NCBI RefSeq assembly: GCF_000143415.4 | Contig: NW_003314271.1 | Coordinates: 1,470,092 to 1,534,091 of the forward strand | Length of the DNA: 64,000 nucleotides | Direction: 5' to 3' | Source of the DNA: Selaginella moellendorffii | Lineage: Eukaryota > Plantae > Lycopodiophyta | Shown: piece by piece, positions 50,230-61,802 of the stretch | Numbering within the stretch: position 1 is the first letter of the stretch | Layout of the letters: every line of letters begins with the position of its first letter | The notes under the pieces: generated by a model | Seen by the model: the letters and a program-made list of their open reading frames with translations, nothing else | Told to the model about the DNA's origin: nothing | The model's database searches: none | Position numbers and translations under genes: made by a program

Positions 50230-50372
50230 AGGCGTTGGAAGCGCGGGAGGTGCACATTGGCGCGATGCTCCGCGCCATGGCGCTGTCGTGCAATCTCTAG
50301 CGGGAGATCGAGGACGGATGGCGCGTCGCCGCCCTCTCCAAGGGATTGCAAGGATTGATCCAATGCGGGAGC
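50230..50372 (+). pseudogene. Relic of AAE14 exon 1
   Basis: GGAAGCGCGGGAGGTG..CACATTGGCGCGATGCT..GCCCTCTCCAAGGGATTGC matches 54524-54690. Confidence 0.8.
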
Positions 50373-50379
50373 ATCAAGC

Positions 50380-50930
50380 CTTGAAACGAGACGAGCAAAT
50401 CTTCCGCGTCTATTCTGTAGCGAGAGGTCTCCTCCATGGTTTTGTCAGATGTTATTGCCGAGGAACAAACAGAATTGGCAAGCGCTTTAATCTCTCGACA
50501 AGCACCACCCGTAACTTGGTATGATTCTTGTCCAATATCATTGCATATCGCGAGCTTCACCGCTGCAGCCTGGTCGTTGAACTTCACTCCATAGCTCCAC
50601 AGGTAGGATCCCAGGCGAATCTAAAAGGTCTAGGCCATCGACCACCTGCATGGAACGATGTTTGTGCGTATCATTATAAATGAGAATAGACATCAAAGCT
50701 TTACCTTGGTGCAGCTTCACATATTTTGTGTTTCAAGAGCCGATTGATGCTTGCCTACATTCGGAAAACCAACGACTGCTACCTGGCCTGTTCCAATTTG
50801 GCAGGGGAAAACAAGAGAAAAGAAACTATGAACGAGCGAGAAAGAAAACCTTCATCTCTTTGCTTCGAGTTTATGGTAGACATGCTCACATCCATGCTGC
50901 GAGACTCAATAACGTGTGAGATCTAGAAAG
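50380..50930 (-). pseudogene. Fragments of a YlqF/RbgA-family GTPase (DAR GTPase 3-like)
   Basis: GLDLLDSPGILP, DQAAAVKLAICNDIGQESY and RYRIDAED, with frameshifts. Confidence 0.65.
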
Positions 50931-51113
50931 ATTGAAGTACACATAACATTCTCCAAGACAAATTTGAGCAGTAGCAAGGAATCGTTGGAGACAGTTCCAT
51001 GGTCTCTCCTTGCTGCACATTATATTAGCATATTCTAGGCATAGTTATGTTAGCTGCTACTTTTTCCCTAAACGGGTTTACAGCAGTATGATCAAAAACA
51101 AAAAAAAGACCAC

Positions 51114-52536
51114 TCATACGCACACCTCCGTGGTGTCGTCAAAATAAGTGCACCGATGGTGGATCGCAGTGTAAGGCGCCTCCGAATCGAACTTGGCCTT
51201 CATGCAGCGCCAGACGACATCACAGCGCCGCGGCACAAACCGGATGGGATGGACCTTGACACGCCCTGGGAACTCCCCGCCGAGCTTGACGATCGCGCGA
51301 GGTATCTGGGTCCGAAACTTGGGCGGCTTTTTGGTAGCGTACACAACCCCGCTCACGTCCAGGCGTGTCACGCAGCTGCTGCTCTCCACGAGCTCCCGCA
51401 CAAAGCTGATCTCGTCGCGCGCCCACCCCGCTATTCCGCAGGCCACCTCAATGCGGACACACAATGGAACCTCCCTGCTGCTCCACTTGTCGAGGCTCAA
51501 GCACTAGAGGATCATATACCACGTCTTCAATGCAGAGAAGCTGTCAAGAGAATGTAAAAGTTACCTTGATGGACGAGTGAGAAAGTGTGAACACCTCCAG
51601 GGCGGGGAATGGCTCCAGAAGCTGCGCAAGGTTGAGGGACCCCGGGTCGAAGATGGACGATTTCACAAACAAGTCAAGCCGCGTGATGCCACTCACGGCC
51701 GACGGTTGGCAAACAAAACGCTTGAGAATTTGCGTGACATCGGCAGCGCTTTGGCAGGTGTTTGTGAACGTTAACTTGTTGAGCTTGGACGTGCGCAGGC
51801 CCTGGATGATCCGCACGCCCGTGTGCGGCTTGATCCACTCGACGTTGCACGTAGACGGCAAGAGCTCCAGGCGCAGCTCCAGGCGCGGCACCGCGCTGAC
51901 GGACATCCACCTGAGCTTGGGCATGTCCAGGGCGAGAGAGAAGTTGGCGACGCTCTTGCCACGCAATGCAAGACAGTCGAGGCTGTGGCTCTTGAGCAAA
52001 TACGTCCCGGGCGACTCCACCAGCAGCAGCATCAGCTGGATGTAGACGAGCGAGGGGCACAAGTCGAGGAGCTGCTGCATTGTGCCCACGTCCAAGCCTG
52101 TGAGCATGACGCAGTAGACGAGACTGGGAAGCATTGGAGCCGCTGGCGTCGTCGTGGTGATCGCGCCGCCAAGCTTGACATCGTTGATGATGTGGAGGCA
52201 CCGCAGCTGCTGGCAGGCGACAATGCTGGACCAGAAGCCATCCACATCGACGCTGAGCGTAAGGGAGTGAAGAGTTTTTCCGATCGCCGGTAGCCAGCCA
52301 AGGGAAGAGCGTGGAGCGCTGTGAACGGACAAGGAGCGGAGATTGCTGGCGCTGCTGTCAAACCAGGAAAGGAAGCCGTGCTGCTCATCCTCCAGGCTGA
52401 AATGTGTGACGAGCTTTGCCAGGCGCGCCCACCTCTTGCTCACCAGACTGCACCAATACAAGTGGCGCGAGGAGACGATTAGAGACAGGATCCGGGCGAG
52501 CACATCGTCGGGAAGATCATCCTCTCCACACTCCAT
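51114..52536 (-). CDS. F-box/LRR-like protein (2 exons: 52536-51565, 51503-51114)
   Basis: N-terminal F-box DDLPDDVLARILSLI..CSLVSKRWARL; Leu-rich LRSLSV/LRCLHI repeats; GT-AG intron keeps the frame. Confidence 0.85.
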
Positions 52537-52550
52537 TGACCTAACCCTAG

Positions 52551-52680
52551 GGCTGCAAGCACCGAGGACAATCGTGAATTTGGCCTGCTGCCGTCCAAGA
52601 GCATGCACTGGAAGGTTTCGGTGGCCAGCTCAAACACTCCCGACAAGTGCCCGCATTGGGCATATGCGTGGATCATAGGA
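52551..52680 (-). pseudogene. Patchwork PPR fragments
   Basis: Match 48772-48875 and ~49520-49557. Confidence 0.75.
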
Positions 52681-52740
52681 ACAGGATCCCTTTCTAAGCT
52701 ATAAAAGGTTTCGTCGTCCTTTTTTATTCTTCTTAGGATT

Positions 52741-53901
52741 ATGGAGAACCGTGCTTGTCTATTGTTTCTGTGTCTGTTCGCGTTCCGACTTGGGAGCAGG
52801 ACGAGAGTTATTGCCACGAAGAGATAAAGAAGACACACTTAGACAACCTAAAGTTTATCCAGGCGGAAAATCAGAAGCAGAATGACTATGTTCTCGAGGC
52901 CAACAAATTCGCATATCTGACTAATGCAGAGTTTCGAGAGAGGTTCTTGACGACCATCACGCCTCGAGAACCGTTTGGCAGCTTCAGTCACTCGGCCGCA
53001 GAGTCCCTCCCGGAGGTTGTCGACTGGCGGACAAGAGGAGCAGTCTGTCCGGTTCGATCAGGCTCACATGGTAACTTACTTCCTTTTCTTTTCTTTTCTA
53101 TGTTTTCACCACCTGGAACTTATGACAGGAAGCTCGGTGGTCTTCTCTGCCGCCGCAGCAGCCGAAGGTGCCAATGCCATTGCGACGCAAGTGTCTGTTC
53201 GAGGAGGCGTTCTTCAAGTGCAGCAAAAACGATCTCGGTCACTACGATAAGGCCTTCGAGTTCATCATCGAGAATGGTGGCATAGACAGTGAAGGGTTTG
53301 GCCTCAACTTCCGGAACAAAACTTGCTTCTTCCTTAGGGGCACTCCCTTTATAAGTTCTAAGCTGATCACACTCTCTCTGTTCTGCTGTCTGTTGTAGAG
53401 GGACTTTACAATCGATGGCTACGAGCATGTTCTTCCAAACAACGAGGAGGCCCTGAAGAAGGCCGTCGCTCATCAGCCCGTGAGCGTGATGATCGACGCA
53501 GGTTGTCCCGCTTTCAAGTTCTACAAATCAGTAAGTTTTTCCTTCTCAGTAACAAAGGTGCAATGATTTTGTCATGACAGGGAATCTTGACAAGCTCTTG
53601 TGGAACCGACCTCAATCACGCGGTGACGATCGTAGGATATGGCATTACCAGCGACGGAAAGAAGTACTGGATCGTCAAGAACTCATGGGGGACCGAGTGG
53701 GGAGACGATGGTTACGTTTATATGCAACGAGACACTGGAGTTTCTACTGGTCTTTGCGGGATCAACATGAACCCATCGTATCCAACCAAGCAGGGACTCC
53801 CAAAGATCCAAGACGAAGGTCTTTCGACTTCCAACGCTGCTAATATCAACGCTGATCTCTGGCCAGTCTCGGGCCTCTACTTCAGCAGGCTAGAGGAGTG
53901 A
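52741..53901 (+). pseudogene. Papain-like (C1A) cysteine protease, probably inactive
   Basis: I29 prodomain NKFAYLTNAEF; LPEVVDWRTRGAV; intact 3' half ([37 protein letters not shown]). The QGxCGSCWAF catalytic segment has decayed to GSSVVFS and the 5' half is frameshifted. Confidence 0.8.
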
Positions 53902-53929
53902 AGAGACGTAGATTAGTGCCATATGTTTA

Positions 53930-54170
53930 AATCAATCGACTTCTCTCGCAACTTCTCTCCCGCTGCTTGCTTCCCCCTCTTGCTTTTGCAGCTCCTGGGT
54001 CACTTTGATCTGTGCTCCGCGAACGATACCTTCGTTTATGAGAGCTCCGACTATCATTGGGTGGATGTCGCTGGCCTCAGCGTCGGAGGCTCCAAGTCTG
54101 CACGAAGAGTGACCGATCACTGAAAAAGCTTAACGTGACGTCGTAACCTTTTAGCACGTACGTTGGATTG
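53930..54170 (-). pseudogene. Relic of the 3' end of the R3HCC1L-like gene
   Basis: Matches 58660-58980 with deletions (MIVGALINEGIVRGAQ..QELQKQE). Confidence 0.85.
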
Positions 54171-54523
54171 TTCTCGCTTTCATTCGTTTTTCTCGTATTG
54201 TGTTGCTTCTTTCGGTTAGAGCTAAGTTCGTGAATGTTTTTCGAAATCTTCCTTCCCATTCTACATGTTCATTGGTATCAGAGGGGTTCGAGTCTTTGTG
54301 ATATAATATTTGTGATTGTGATATATTATGTGTTTCATTATGACTGCTCAAGAAAGACAAGATGAGCAACCAATTGGAGATTAGAAGCCATTGCAGTCGA
54401 ACACCGAGAGGAAAAAATATTTTAACCAAACCTAACAGAACTCATCGGCTGACGCGTGGCGCGTGTTTATTGGGTGGCATTCTATCGCTTAAACCCTATC
54501 GTTCTCTTTTTCTTTCAAGGAGG

Positions 54524-56566
54524 ATGGAAGCGCGGGAGGTGGAGGAGGACGCGCACATTGGCGCGATGCTGCGCGCGATGGCGTCGTCGCGCAAGATCTT
54601 TAGCTTGTCTAGCGGGAGATCCAGGGCGGATTTCTTCCGGCGCGTCGCTGCCCTCTCCAAGGGATTGCGGGAATTGATCCAATACGGGGAGCGCGTCGCG
54701 ATTGCAGCCCTTACGAGGTTTGTGATTTCTTCTTAGAGAATCTTGGGACAGTCGATTTGTTTTTCTCTTGCAGCGAATACTATCTTGAATGGATGCTGGC
54801 AGTGCCCTGCGCTGGTGGAATCGTTACACCTCTTAACTATAGATGGGTATGAGCTTTCTTTTTTTCTTTTCTCTCTTGGATACTTGTGACGCTGTTCTTT
54901 AGAGTTTTGATGAAGCAAATGCCGCAATCCAGCTTGTCCGGCCTGCGATTCTCGTTTTGGATGAGCAATGCCGGCACTGGGGTGAGCCTCTAAGTGAACT
55001 ATATCCGTGGATGATGCAAGTTTTTTTAGAAGAAGATTGCGAGAGTAAGTTTTTCTTTTTCCTCTCGTTTTTGAGGATCTCTCCTTCATGGCAGCTCTTC
55101 GTGGAGAGTCTATAATGCGTTGCAATGGAGAGACCGAAACAAATCTGGATCTGTGTTTCGCTCCTAACAACATTGCTTTGATTTGTTTCACTTCGGGTTT
55201 GCTGTTCCCAGCTTTGACATACTTTGTGTAGGACATAACTTTGCATGTTTTGGTTTTAGGAACCACTGGAACACCTAAAGGAGTGTCCCTCACTCACAGG
55301 GCTTTGGTTGCGCAGTCCCTGGCAAAGCTTGCCATTGTTGGTTATTCGAGCATGGATGTATGTTCGAGGTACACTCTCCTCTACAAACGTTATATGTTTC
55401 TGGTCTTGATTAAGTGTTTCTATCAGGTCTATCTTCATACTGCACCACTTTGCCACATAGGTGGGATTTCTTCTGTGCTGGCCATGGTCATGGCTGGAAG
55501 CCAGCAGCTTTTTCTCCCGAAGTTTGAGACTAGTGCCGTCCTCCAAGCCTTGAAAGACTACGAGATTTCTACAATGATTGTAGTGCCGACAATGCTGCGA
55601 GACATTTTGGAGCCTGGGTGAGTCCATGTCTATCTTCTTAGATCTTCTTTTCTAACAAAGCATTTTCAGAAAGAGTGGAAGTGATCAAGTTTTCCCCAGC
55701 ATGCTAACAATTCTGAACGGTGGCGGGTCAGTTCCATCGCGTCTTCTTCCTGCTGTCAAGAAAACTTTCCCAAATGCACGGCTCTTCTCTGCATATGGTA
55801 AAACACGTTTGCTTTCTTCAGTAGCTGCTGAAGCCTTTTTGTTCCACGTCCAGGAATGACCGAAGCGTGTTCTTCCATGACATTTTTACGGCTTGATGGA
55901 CATGTCCCACTTGGTGTGGGTTCGTGTGTTGGGAAGCCGCCTCCTCACGTACAAGTCGGGATAAAAGATGGTCGGATATTCACCCGGGGGCCTCATGTTA
56001 TGCATGGCTACTGGGGACAAACCATAGAAACAGCAGGTGTTCTGCAGCAGGATGGCTGGCTTGACACTGGAGACATTGGAAAGATAGACAAAGCTGGAAA
56101 TCTGTGGCTGCTGGGCAGAGCGAAAGATGTAGTGAAAACTGGTGGCGAAAACGTATACGCCTCAGAGGTGAGTGCGTATTTCCATCGATGAAAAACACTC
56201 ATGCCTGCCGCAGGTGGAGATGGTTCTTTCTCAGCATCCATCGGTTTCTTCTGTGGCTGTTGTTGGCGTCCCTGAGTCGCGGTTGAGCGAGATCGTTGCT
56301 GCCGTGGTGAGGCTTCACGACGGATGGACATGGTCAATAAGCGAGCATCCCATGACGGTTTCTGAAAGTGATTTACGGCTGCATTGCAGCAAGCAGGGGC
56401 TTTCGAGGTGACTCTGCGATTCAAGGCTTGATGCATGATTGACCGAAGTGATTATCACAGATATAAGATCCCAAAACTCATCGTTCAACGGCAGGATCCA
56501 TTTCCTGTGACGTCAACGGGGAAAGTTAGGAAGGACATGATTAAGGCTGGCCTTTCTAAGCTATAA
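54524..56566 (+). CDS. AAE14: o-succinylbenzoate-CoA ligase (MenE, phylloquinone pathway), multi-exon, with PTS1
   Basis: GGIVTPLNYRWS, CFTSGTTGTPKGV, QSLAKLAIVGY..DVYLHTAPLCHIGGISS, YGMTEACSSMTF, GWLDTGDIG, KTGGENVY, TSTGKVRK; ends SKL*. Confidence 0.93.
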
Positions 56567-57980
56567 AAGATTTTTTTATTTTTCTTCTCCTGCTTGTTTA
56601 TTGTTTTTGTGTGTGTTTGGGTTGAGTGTAAGGGCGGGGACAGAAGGCAAGATCTGGAAGAGCTCAGCGAACAAACGAACGGCTCACTGAAATCATCAAA
56701 ACAGCTTACTATAATCCGTCAATCTCATGCTTCTTGGTGGGCGCCAATGAATGACTGAATGAATATAACATCAATCTGTGGAGTAGTACGAGAGTTATTT
56801 AAGCTTATAATGAGCGGCAACAATGAAGCGTCAGTTTGAGGAAGAAAAGCGTTGCAGCAGGCAGAAGAGCTCGAGAACCGTGAATGAATCGCAAGCTAAA
56901 CTCCACACCTTTACAAGTGAGCCATCGCCTTTGGCTGTGTTGGAGTTGAACAAGGCGGACTTTCTAAACGACGTCAGTCTCACAAGGAGGCGCTTCTCAA
57001 GAAAATGGAGGATCTGCTGGCCGAAGAATCCAACAGGGACAAGGAAAGCTAATTCTGGAGACCCGATTGCTGTAAAGAATTTTTTTGTCTTTGCGCAGCA
57101 TGTTACAAGTTCAACTAGAGGTGAAAGCCAACTCGGGGGAAGAAAGTCAGCTGGTCAAGAGCTGTTGTATTCCCAAAACCAGTGCAAAAGACGGACACTG
57201 GCGTATTCCGCCTTTTGATCTTCTTCTCAAGGTGGTGGTTCTTCCCAGTTCTAAGCGTTTTCTTTTTCTCTTCTTATTTTTTTAGCTGGGCCTATGCTCA
57301 GCCTCCTGCGCCTGGTAATCACGTGCTCAAGATTCATTGCTCATTTACCGTTTGCTTCTTGTATAGTTTATCATGCGCTAGCCCCTCCGCCAGCTTCAGT
57401 TCCAGTTCAAGGTTCTCAAAAATGGGTCACTTTTCATATGAAAAAAACTCTCTCTAGGAATTAGTTATTGTAGGTTCATAAATGAGGCTAGAAAGATTGC
57501 AATCATGATGTGAGCCACCAGATTCCAGAATTATATTTGAAGCTGGAAACAACGATGAAATAAGCAAGGTTAAGCTGCCCAATTTACAATCTTTGAAATT
57601 CCCCAACAAAATCAAATGTCAATAATTTTATCTCTTAGCATAAATGATACCTATATTATTTGATCACACATAATATTAAATGGTTCCTCTCTCCACTACA
57701 CTCCTTTTTAGTGATCTTTAAATTGGGGTGATTCTTTCCATGCTTGCAAGAAACCCTGGTCTAATGCTAATGACGCCAAAAAAACATACATGTCCTTTTT
57801 CCACCAAAAAATTGATTTTCAATCAAGTTTCTTCTTCTAGTGATGCTTTGAGCAGTTTTTGCTTGTGAAACTAAAGTAATGCTACTTATTCGTTTACTAG
57901 ATGTTAATCTTTAATCTTCCTTGATCTTCAATTTAGCTCTGTCACATTAAAGTAAGGAAAACTCCACCTATCTTGCAAAA

Positions 57981-57982
<2 letters not shown>

Positions 57983-58016
<34 letters not shown>
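57983..58016. repeat. (CT)17 microsatellite
   Basis: Direct reading. Confidence 0.95.
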
Positions 58017-58021
<5 letters not shown>

Positions 58022-58479
58022 ACTTTACTCTCTTTTGAAGCTCCCCCAAAGCTTTCATTTCTGGGAGATCCATATAGGTCTCCACATTGCTATGTAGGGT
58101 TCCATGTGGTTAATTTTGCTCACCAGCTTCCATTTTTACATTAGTATCCTAACAAAATAAAACCAAAAAATCAAACAAGCCAGGGGATCATACGAAGAAT
58201 TGAAAAAAGAAAAGCATAGAACACAAACCTTGTGGATGTAGTTGGTTACAGAAGGAGATCTAGTTTGCTGACAGCTCGTAGATAAAGAGTTTTGCAGCGT
58301 ATGCGCTTCGATTCTTAGTCTTGAATGCTTCTGCGAAAGGCTGGATAGCAACACCATGTAAGCCATCAAAACAGAAAAAAGCAATCCAGCAGAGCTCCTT
58401 GATTGTAGAGAAGACTCCTGAAAGTAGACACTATCGTTACGTCACAGGACCTTCCATTGCCAGATTCTCGTCCAAAAAA

Positions 58480-58600
58480 GGACTCGTCTTTGTGGGATTA
58501 ACATGACGTATCCAACCAAGCCGTCCCAGAGATCCAAGGCTTACCAGAGATCAGCGTTGTTATTAGCAGCCTTGGAAGTCGAGAAGACTTGGGGTCTATT
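58480..58600 (+). pseudogene. Relic of the cysteine protease 3' end, with an internal micro-inversion
   Basis: GTCTTTGTGGGATTAACATG..TATCCAACCAAGC matches 53750-53792; 58535-58578 is the reverse complement of ~53819-53862. Confidence 0.75.
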
Positions 58601-58660
58601 CCTTCGACTCTCAGCAGGCTTGAGGAGTGAAGAGATGTAGATTAGTGCTGTATGTGTGAA

Positions 58661-60012
58661 TCAATCGCCTCCCCAGGCTTCTTCTCGCAGCTTCTCTCTG
58701 GCCAGCAAGCGCTGCTTGCGCTCCTCCTCTTGCTTTTGCAGCTCCTGGGCCGTGAATCTCACCCTGGTCTGTGCTCCGCGAACGATGCCTTGGTTTGTGA
58801 GAGCTCCGACGATCATGCGCTGAGCAGCTCGGGCGGATGTCGCTGGCCTCGGCGTCGGAGGCTCCAAGTCTGTACAAAGTGTAGAAAGCTTGAAACCAGA
58901 GAGAAAACTGGATACCTCTCTCCGTGACAAGGCCGTGAACTTCGCTTGAATCGTCGTAAGTTTTGAGCACGTACGTTGGGTGGCGGATTGTTGCGAGTGC
59001 CTCTCGTGCTGCGCAAGGAAAGAAGAAAATCAGTGAGAGATCTAGACATTGAGTCACACAAACCGATTGTTGGATTGCGGAAAACAGCCAAGGCAGTGGT
59101 GTCATTTACCCAGCGAATCACCACGCCGCGGCTCGCGTAAGGCATGACGACCTGCTCCAAATCTCGAGTGGTTGTCTTGGGAGGAAAGCCACCGAGAACC
59201 AAAACATGGCTAGCTCCATAAACGACTACAAAACAACAAAAGAATGTTAAGCATTTCCACCTTTGATCATCCAAAGAGAGACGAACTTACGGGACTTTCC
59301 ATCGATGTCGTCAGAAGATGTAGTGAGCTCCTCGTGAGTTTCATCGTCCATGGCGGTCGTATGGTCGCTGTGGAATCCATCTCTTTCTCTTCCGTAAGTA
59401 AATGCCCCGCGTCCACGCTGCTTGGGAGCTACGTCCTCGGCCTCCTCCTCGGCTTCTCTCGCGTTTTCTCTGGAGTTGGACCGACGCTTGGGAGTTGGAT
59501 CGCTCAAAGAAAGTTGGGAGATTCGAGGAGGCGATGGAGCTCTCCGCGATGGTGGTGGATTTGATGAGCTGCCAGGGATGTCGTGAGCGGCTTTCTCCCA
59601 CTCTGTGACGCAAAGCAAGCTTTCAGATCTCCGCTATTCTCTCCAATTGTGATTTTGAAGTCTACCTAGTACCTTCTTCTTCTTCGTCTTCCTTGTCTAT
59701 GCTTGGAGCATCGCTTCTTCTGCAGAGAAATTCTTAGAATCATCCGAGAAAACAGAGAATTCATGCTACTTACGCGTTTAATCTGTGCCGGATGACAATG
59801 GCGGAGCTGCGCAGCGAATCCGCCTTGATCGACAAGCCCTGCCGCTCGTACAGCGCCCCCAGATCCTGCATAGCCGCAGCCAGCGAGAGATTCGCGTCCG
59901 CGCCTTGCGAGCTCTGCATCTCGTCCACGACGCCCTGCAAGAACTGCGCAGCGCCATCGCTGTTGCCCTCGTCCAGCAGCTCCTCCACGCGCTCCGACCA
60001 GTTCTTCACCAT
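58661..60012 (-). CDS. R3HCC1L-like RRM-fold/coiled-coil protein, multi-exon
   Basis: MVKNWSERVEELLDEG..., KQRGRGAFTY, YGASHVLVLGGFPPKTTTRDLE..VVIRWVNDTTALAVF, RPATSARAAQRMI, REEAWGGD*. Confidence 0.85.
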
Positions 60013-60059
60013 AGCTAAGATTTTAGGGTTCTTGAGAGAAGCGCCAAAACAATATTTCA

Positions 60060-61802
60060 ATGGCGCCAGGCAATTCCTTGGCAGCTCGATTCGATGCCGC
60101 TGGCGCAGCGCCGCCCTTCCAGCCAAGGACGGAGACGTCGAATCTCCTCGCGGCGCTCAAGCTGTGCGCCATGGCGAGGGATCTGGAGCGGGGAAGATCC
60201 ATCCACAGCCATGCTGTCGATAGCGGCGCCGCTGCGAATCCGTTCGTGGCGAGCAGCCTGGTGAGCATGTACGCCAAATGTGGCAGCGTGAGGGAGGCGC
60301 GCCGGATCTTCGACGCCATGCCGTGCCACAGCGTGGTTTCTTGGACAGCGCTCATCCAAGGGTATGTAGAGAACAAGGAGGAGCTCCTAGCTTTAGATTT
60401 GTTTGCCGCCATGGCTAGAGCTGGAGGAGATTGCCAGCCGAATGGCCGGACTTTCGTCGCTGTTCTAAAAGCTTGCTCTCGTCTTGCAGCGAAAGAAGCG
60501 ATGCAACCTCTCGGTGACGAGCTCGTGAAGATCAAAGCGCTGGAGAGCGTCGTGGCTCTCCACGCTGTGATCGATCAAACTGGCTGTGGAGTGGACATCT
60601 TCGTCGCAAACGCGCTTCTGGACGCTTACGCGCGGTGTGGAAGCTTGGTTGACGCAAGCAAGGTATTCTCCGGCATGGCTTACAAGGATGTGGTCTCTTG
60701 GACGTCGCTGATACTGGGATTTGCAGAGAATTCGCAGGGAGAGATGGCCTTGCAGCTCTTCGAGCTCATGCAGCGCCAGGGATGCTCTCCAAATCCCCGG
60801 ACTTTTCTTGCCGCAGTGAAAGCCATCGCTGCTCTTGCCGCGGAAGAAAGGGAAAATCCTCTCGAGCTGGACGATGGAATGAGCAAGGTGGTGGCTTTGG
60901 AGAAAGTTATGGCTTTGCATTCTCTTTGCGTGAAGAGTGGCTGCCAAGACAGGTACGTGACGAGCTCCTTGGTCGATTTGTATGCGAAGTGTGGGAGCCT
61001 GGACGATTCTCGCGTGGTTTTCGAGAGAGCCCGTTTCTTCGACGACGTGGTGCTGTGGACGGCGCTTATCCTCGCCCACGCGGACTCCAGCGGCAACGAA
61101 GAACAGGCTCTGGAGATCTATGTCCGGATGCGTCGCCATGGCTGTGCTCCGGACGCTCGAACCTACGTCGCTCTTCTCAAAGTTTGTGGTAAGGCTGTGG
61201 CTTCGCGGCTGGCGAAAGTGATTCACGGCGAGATTTGTAGGCATGGCTTGGAGCATGGAGAGCTCGTAGCAAACGCGCTGGTGGACGTGTATGGAAAATG
61301 CGGCAGCGCTCACAACGCCGAGAAGGTATTCCTGTCGCTCCTTTCACCGGACGCTGTCGCTCACACGTCGCTCATGGCAGGGCTGTGCCGCCAGGGAAAG
61401 GATGGCTCCACAAAGGTCTTCCAGATCTTCCACGAGATGCTGGACAATGGCTTGAGCATAGACGGTGTCACCCTCTTGTGCTTGCTCACGGCCTCCAGCC
61501 ATGCCGGGCTGGTCACCCAAGGGAAGCAAATCTTCCAGGCGATGCAAAGGAGGTATGGAGTGTCTCCCGAGATCGAGCATTACCACGCCGTGATCGATCT
61601 TCTTGGCAGGACGAACCATCTGGACGAGGCCATGAACTTCGCGAGAACGATGCCTTTCAAACCGACAGCAGTGACTTGGACGACGATACTGACTTGGTGC
61701 TCCAAGTGGAAGAACCCAAGCCTTGGAAGGCTGGCTTTCGAGAAGTGCCTGGAGATCGACAGTAAGATCGCTACTTCTTACCAGTTGATGGCTAATCTCT
61801 AG
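60060..61802 (+). CDS. PLS-class PPR protein ending within the E domain
   Basis: 580-aa ORF; SSLVSMYAKCGSVREARRIFDAM, HYHAVIDLLGRTNHLDEA, SYQLMANL*. Confidence 0.9.
   Translation: MAPGNSLAARFDAAGAAPPFQPRTETSNLLAALKLCAMARDLERGRSIHSHAVDSGAAANPFVASSLVSMYAKCGSVREARRIFDAMPCHSVVSWTALIQGYVENKEELLALDLFAAMARAGGDCQPNGRTFVAVLKACSRLAAKEAMQPLGDELVKIKALESVVALHAVIDQTGCGVDIFVANALLDAYARCGSLVDASKVFSGMAYKDVVSWTSLILGFAENSQGEMALQLFELMQRQGCSPNPRTFLAAVKAIAALAAEERENPLELDDGMSKVVALEKVMALHSLCVKSGCQDRYVTSSLVDLYAKCGSLDDSRVVFERARFFDDVVLWTALILAHADSSGNEEQALEIYVRMRRHGCAPDARTYVALLKVCGKAVASRLAKVIHGEICRHGLEHGELVANALVDVYGKCGSAHNAEKVFLSLLSPDAVAHTSLMAGLCRQGKDGSTKVFQIFHEMLDNGLSIDGVTLLCLLTASSHAGLVTQGKQIFQAMQRRYGVSPEIEHYHAVIDLLGRTNHLDEAMNFARTMPFKPTAVTWTTILTWCSKWKNPSLGRLAFEKCLEIDSKIATSYQLMANL

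Noticed and set aside
56630-58470. Possible gene or transposon between AAE14 and the R3HCC1L-like gene
   Set aside because: Only short ORFs and AT-rich sequence; no termini, TSD or motifs identified
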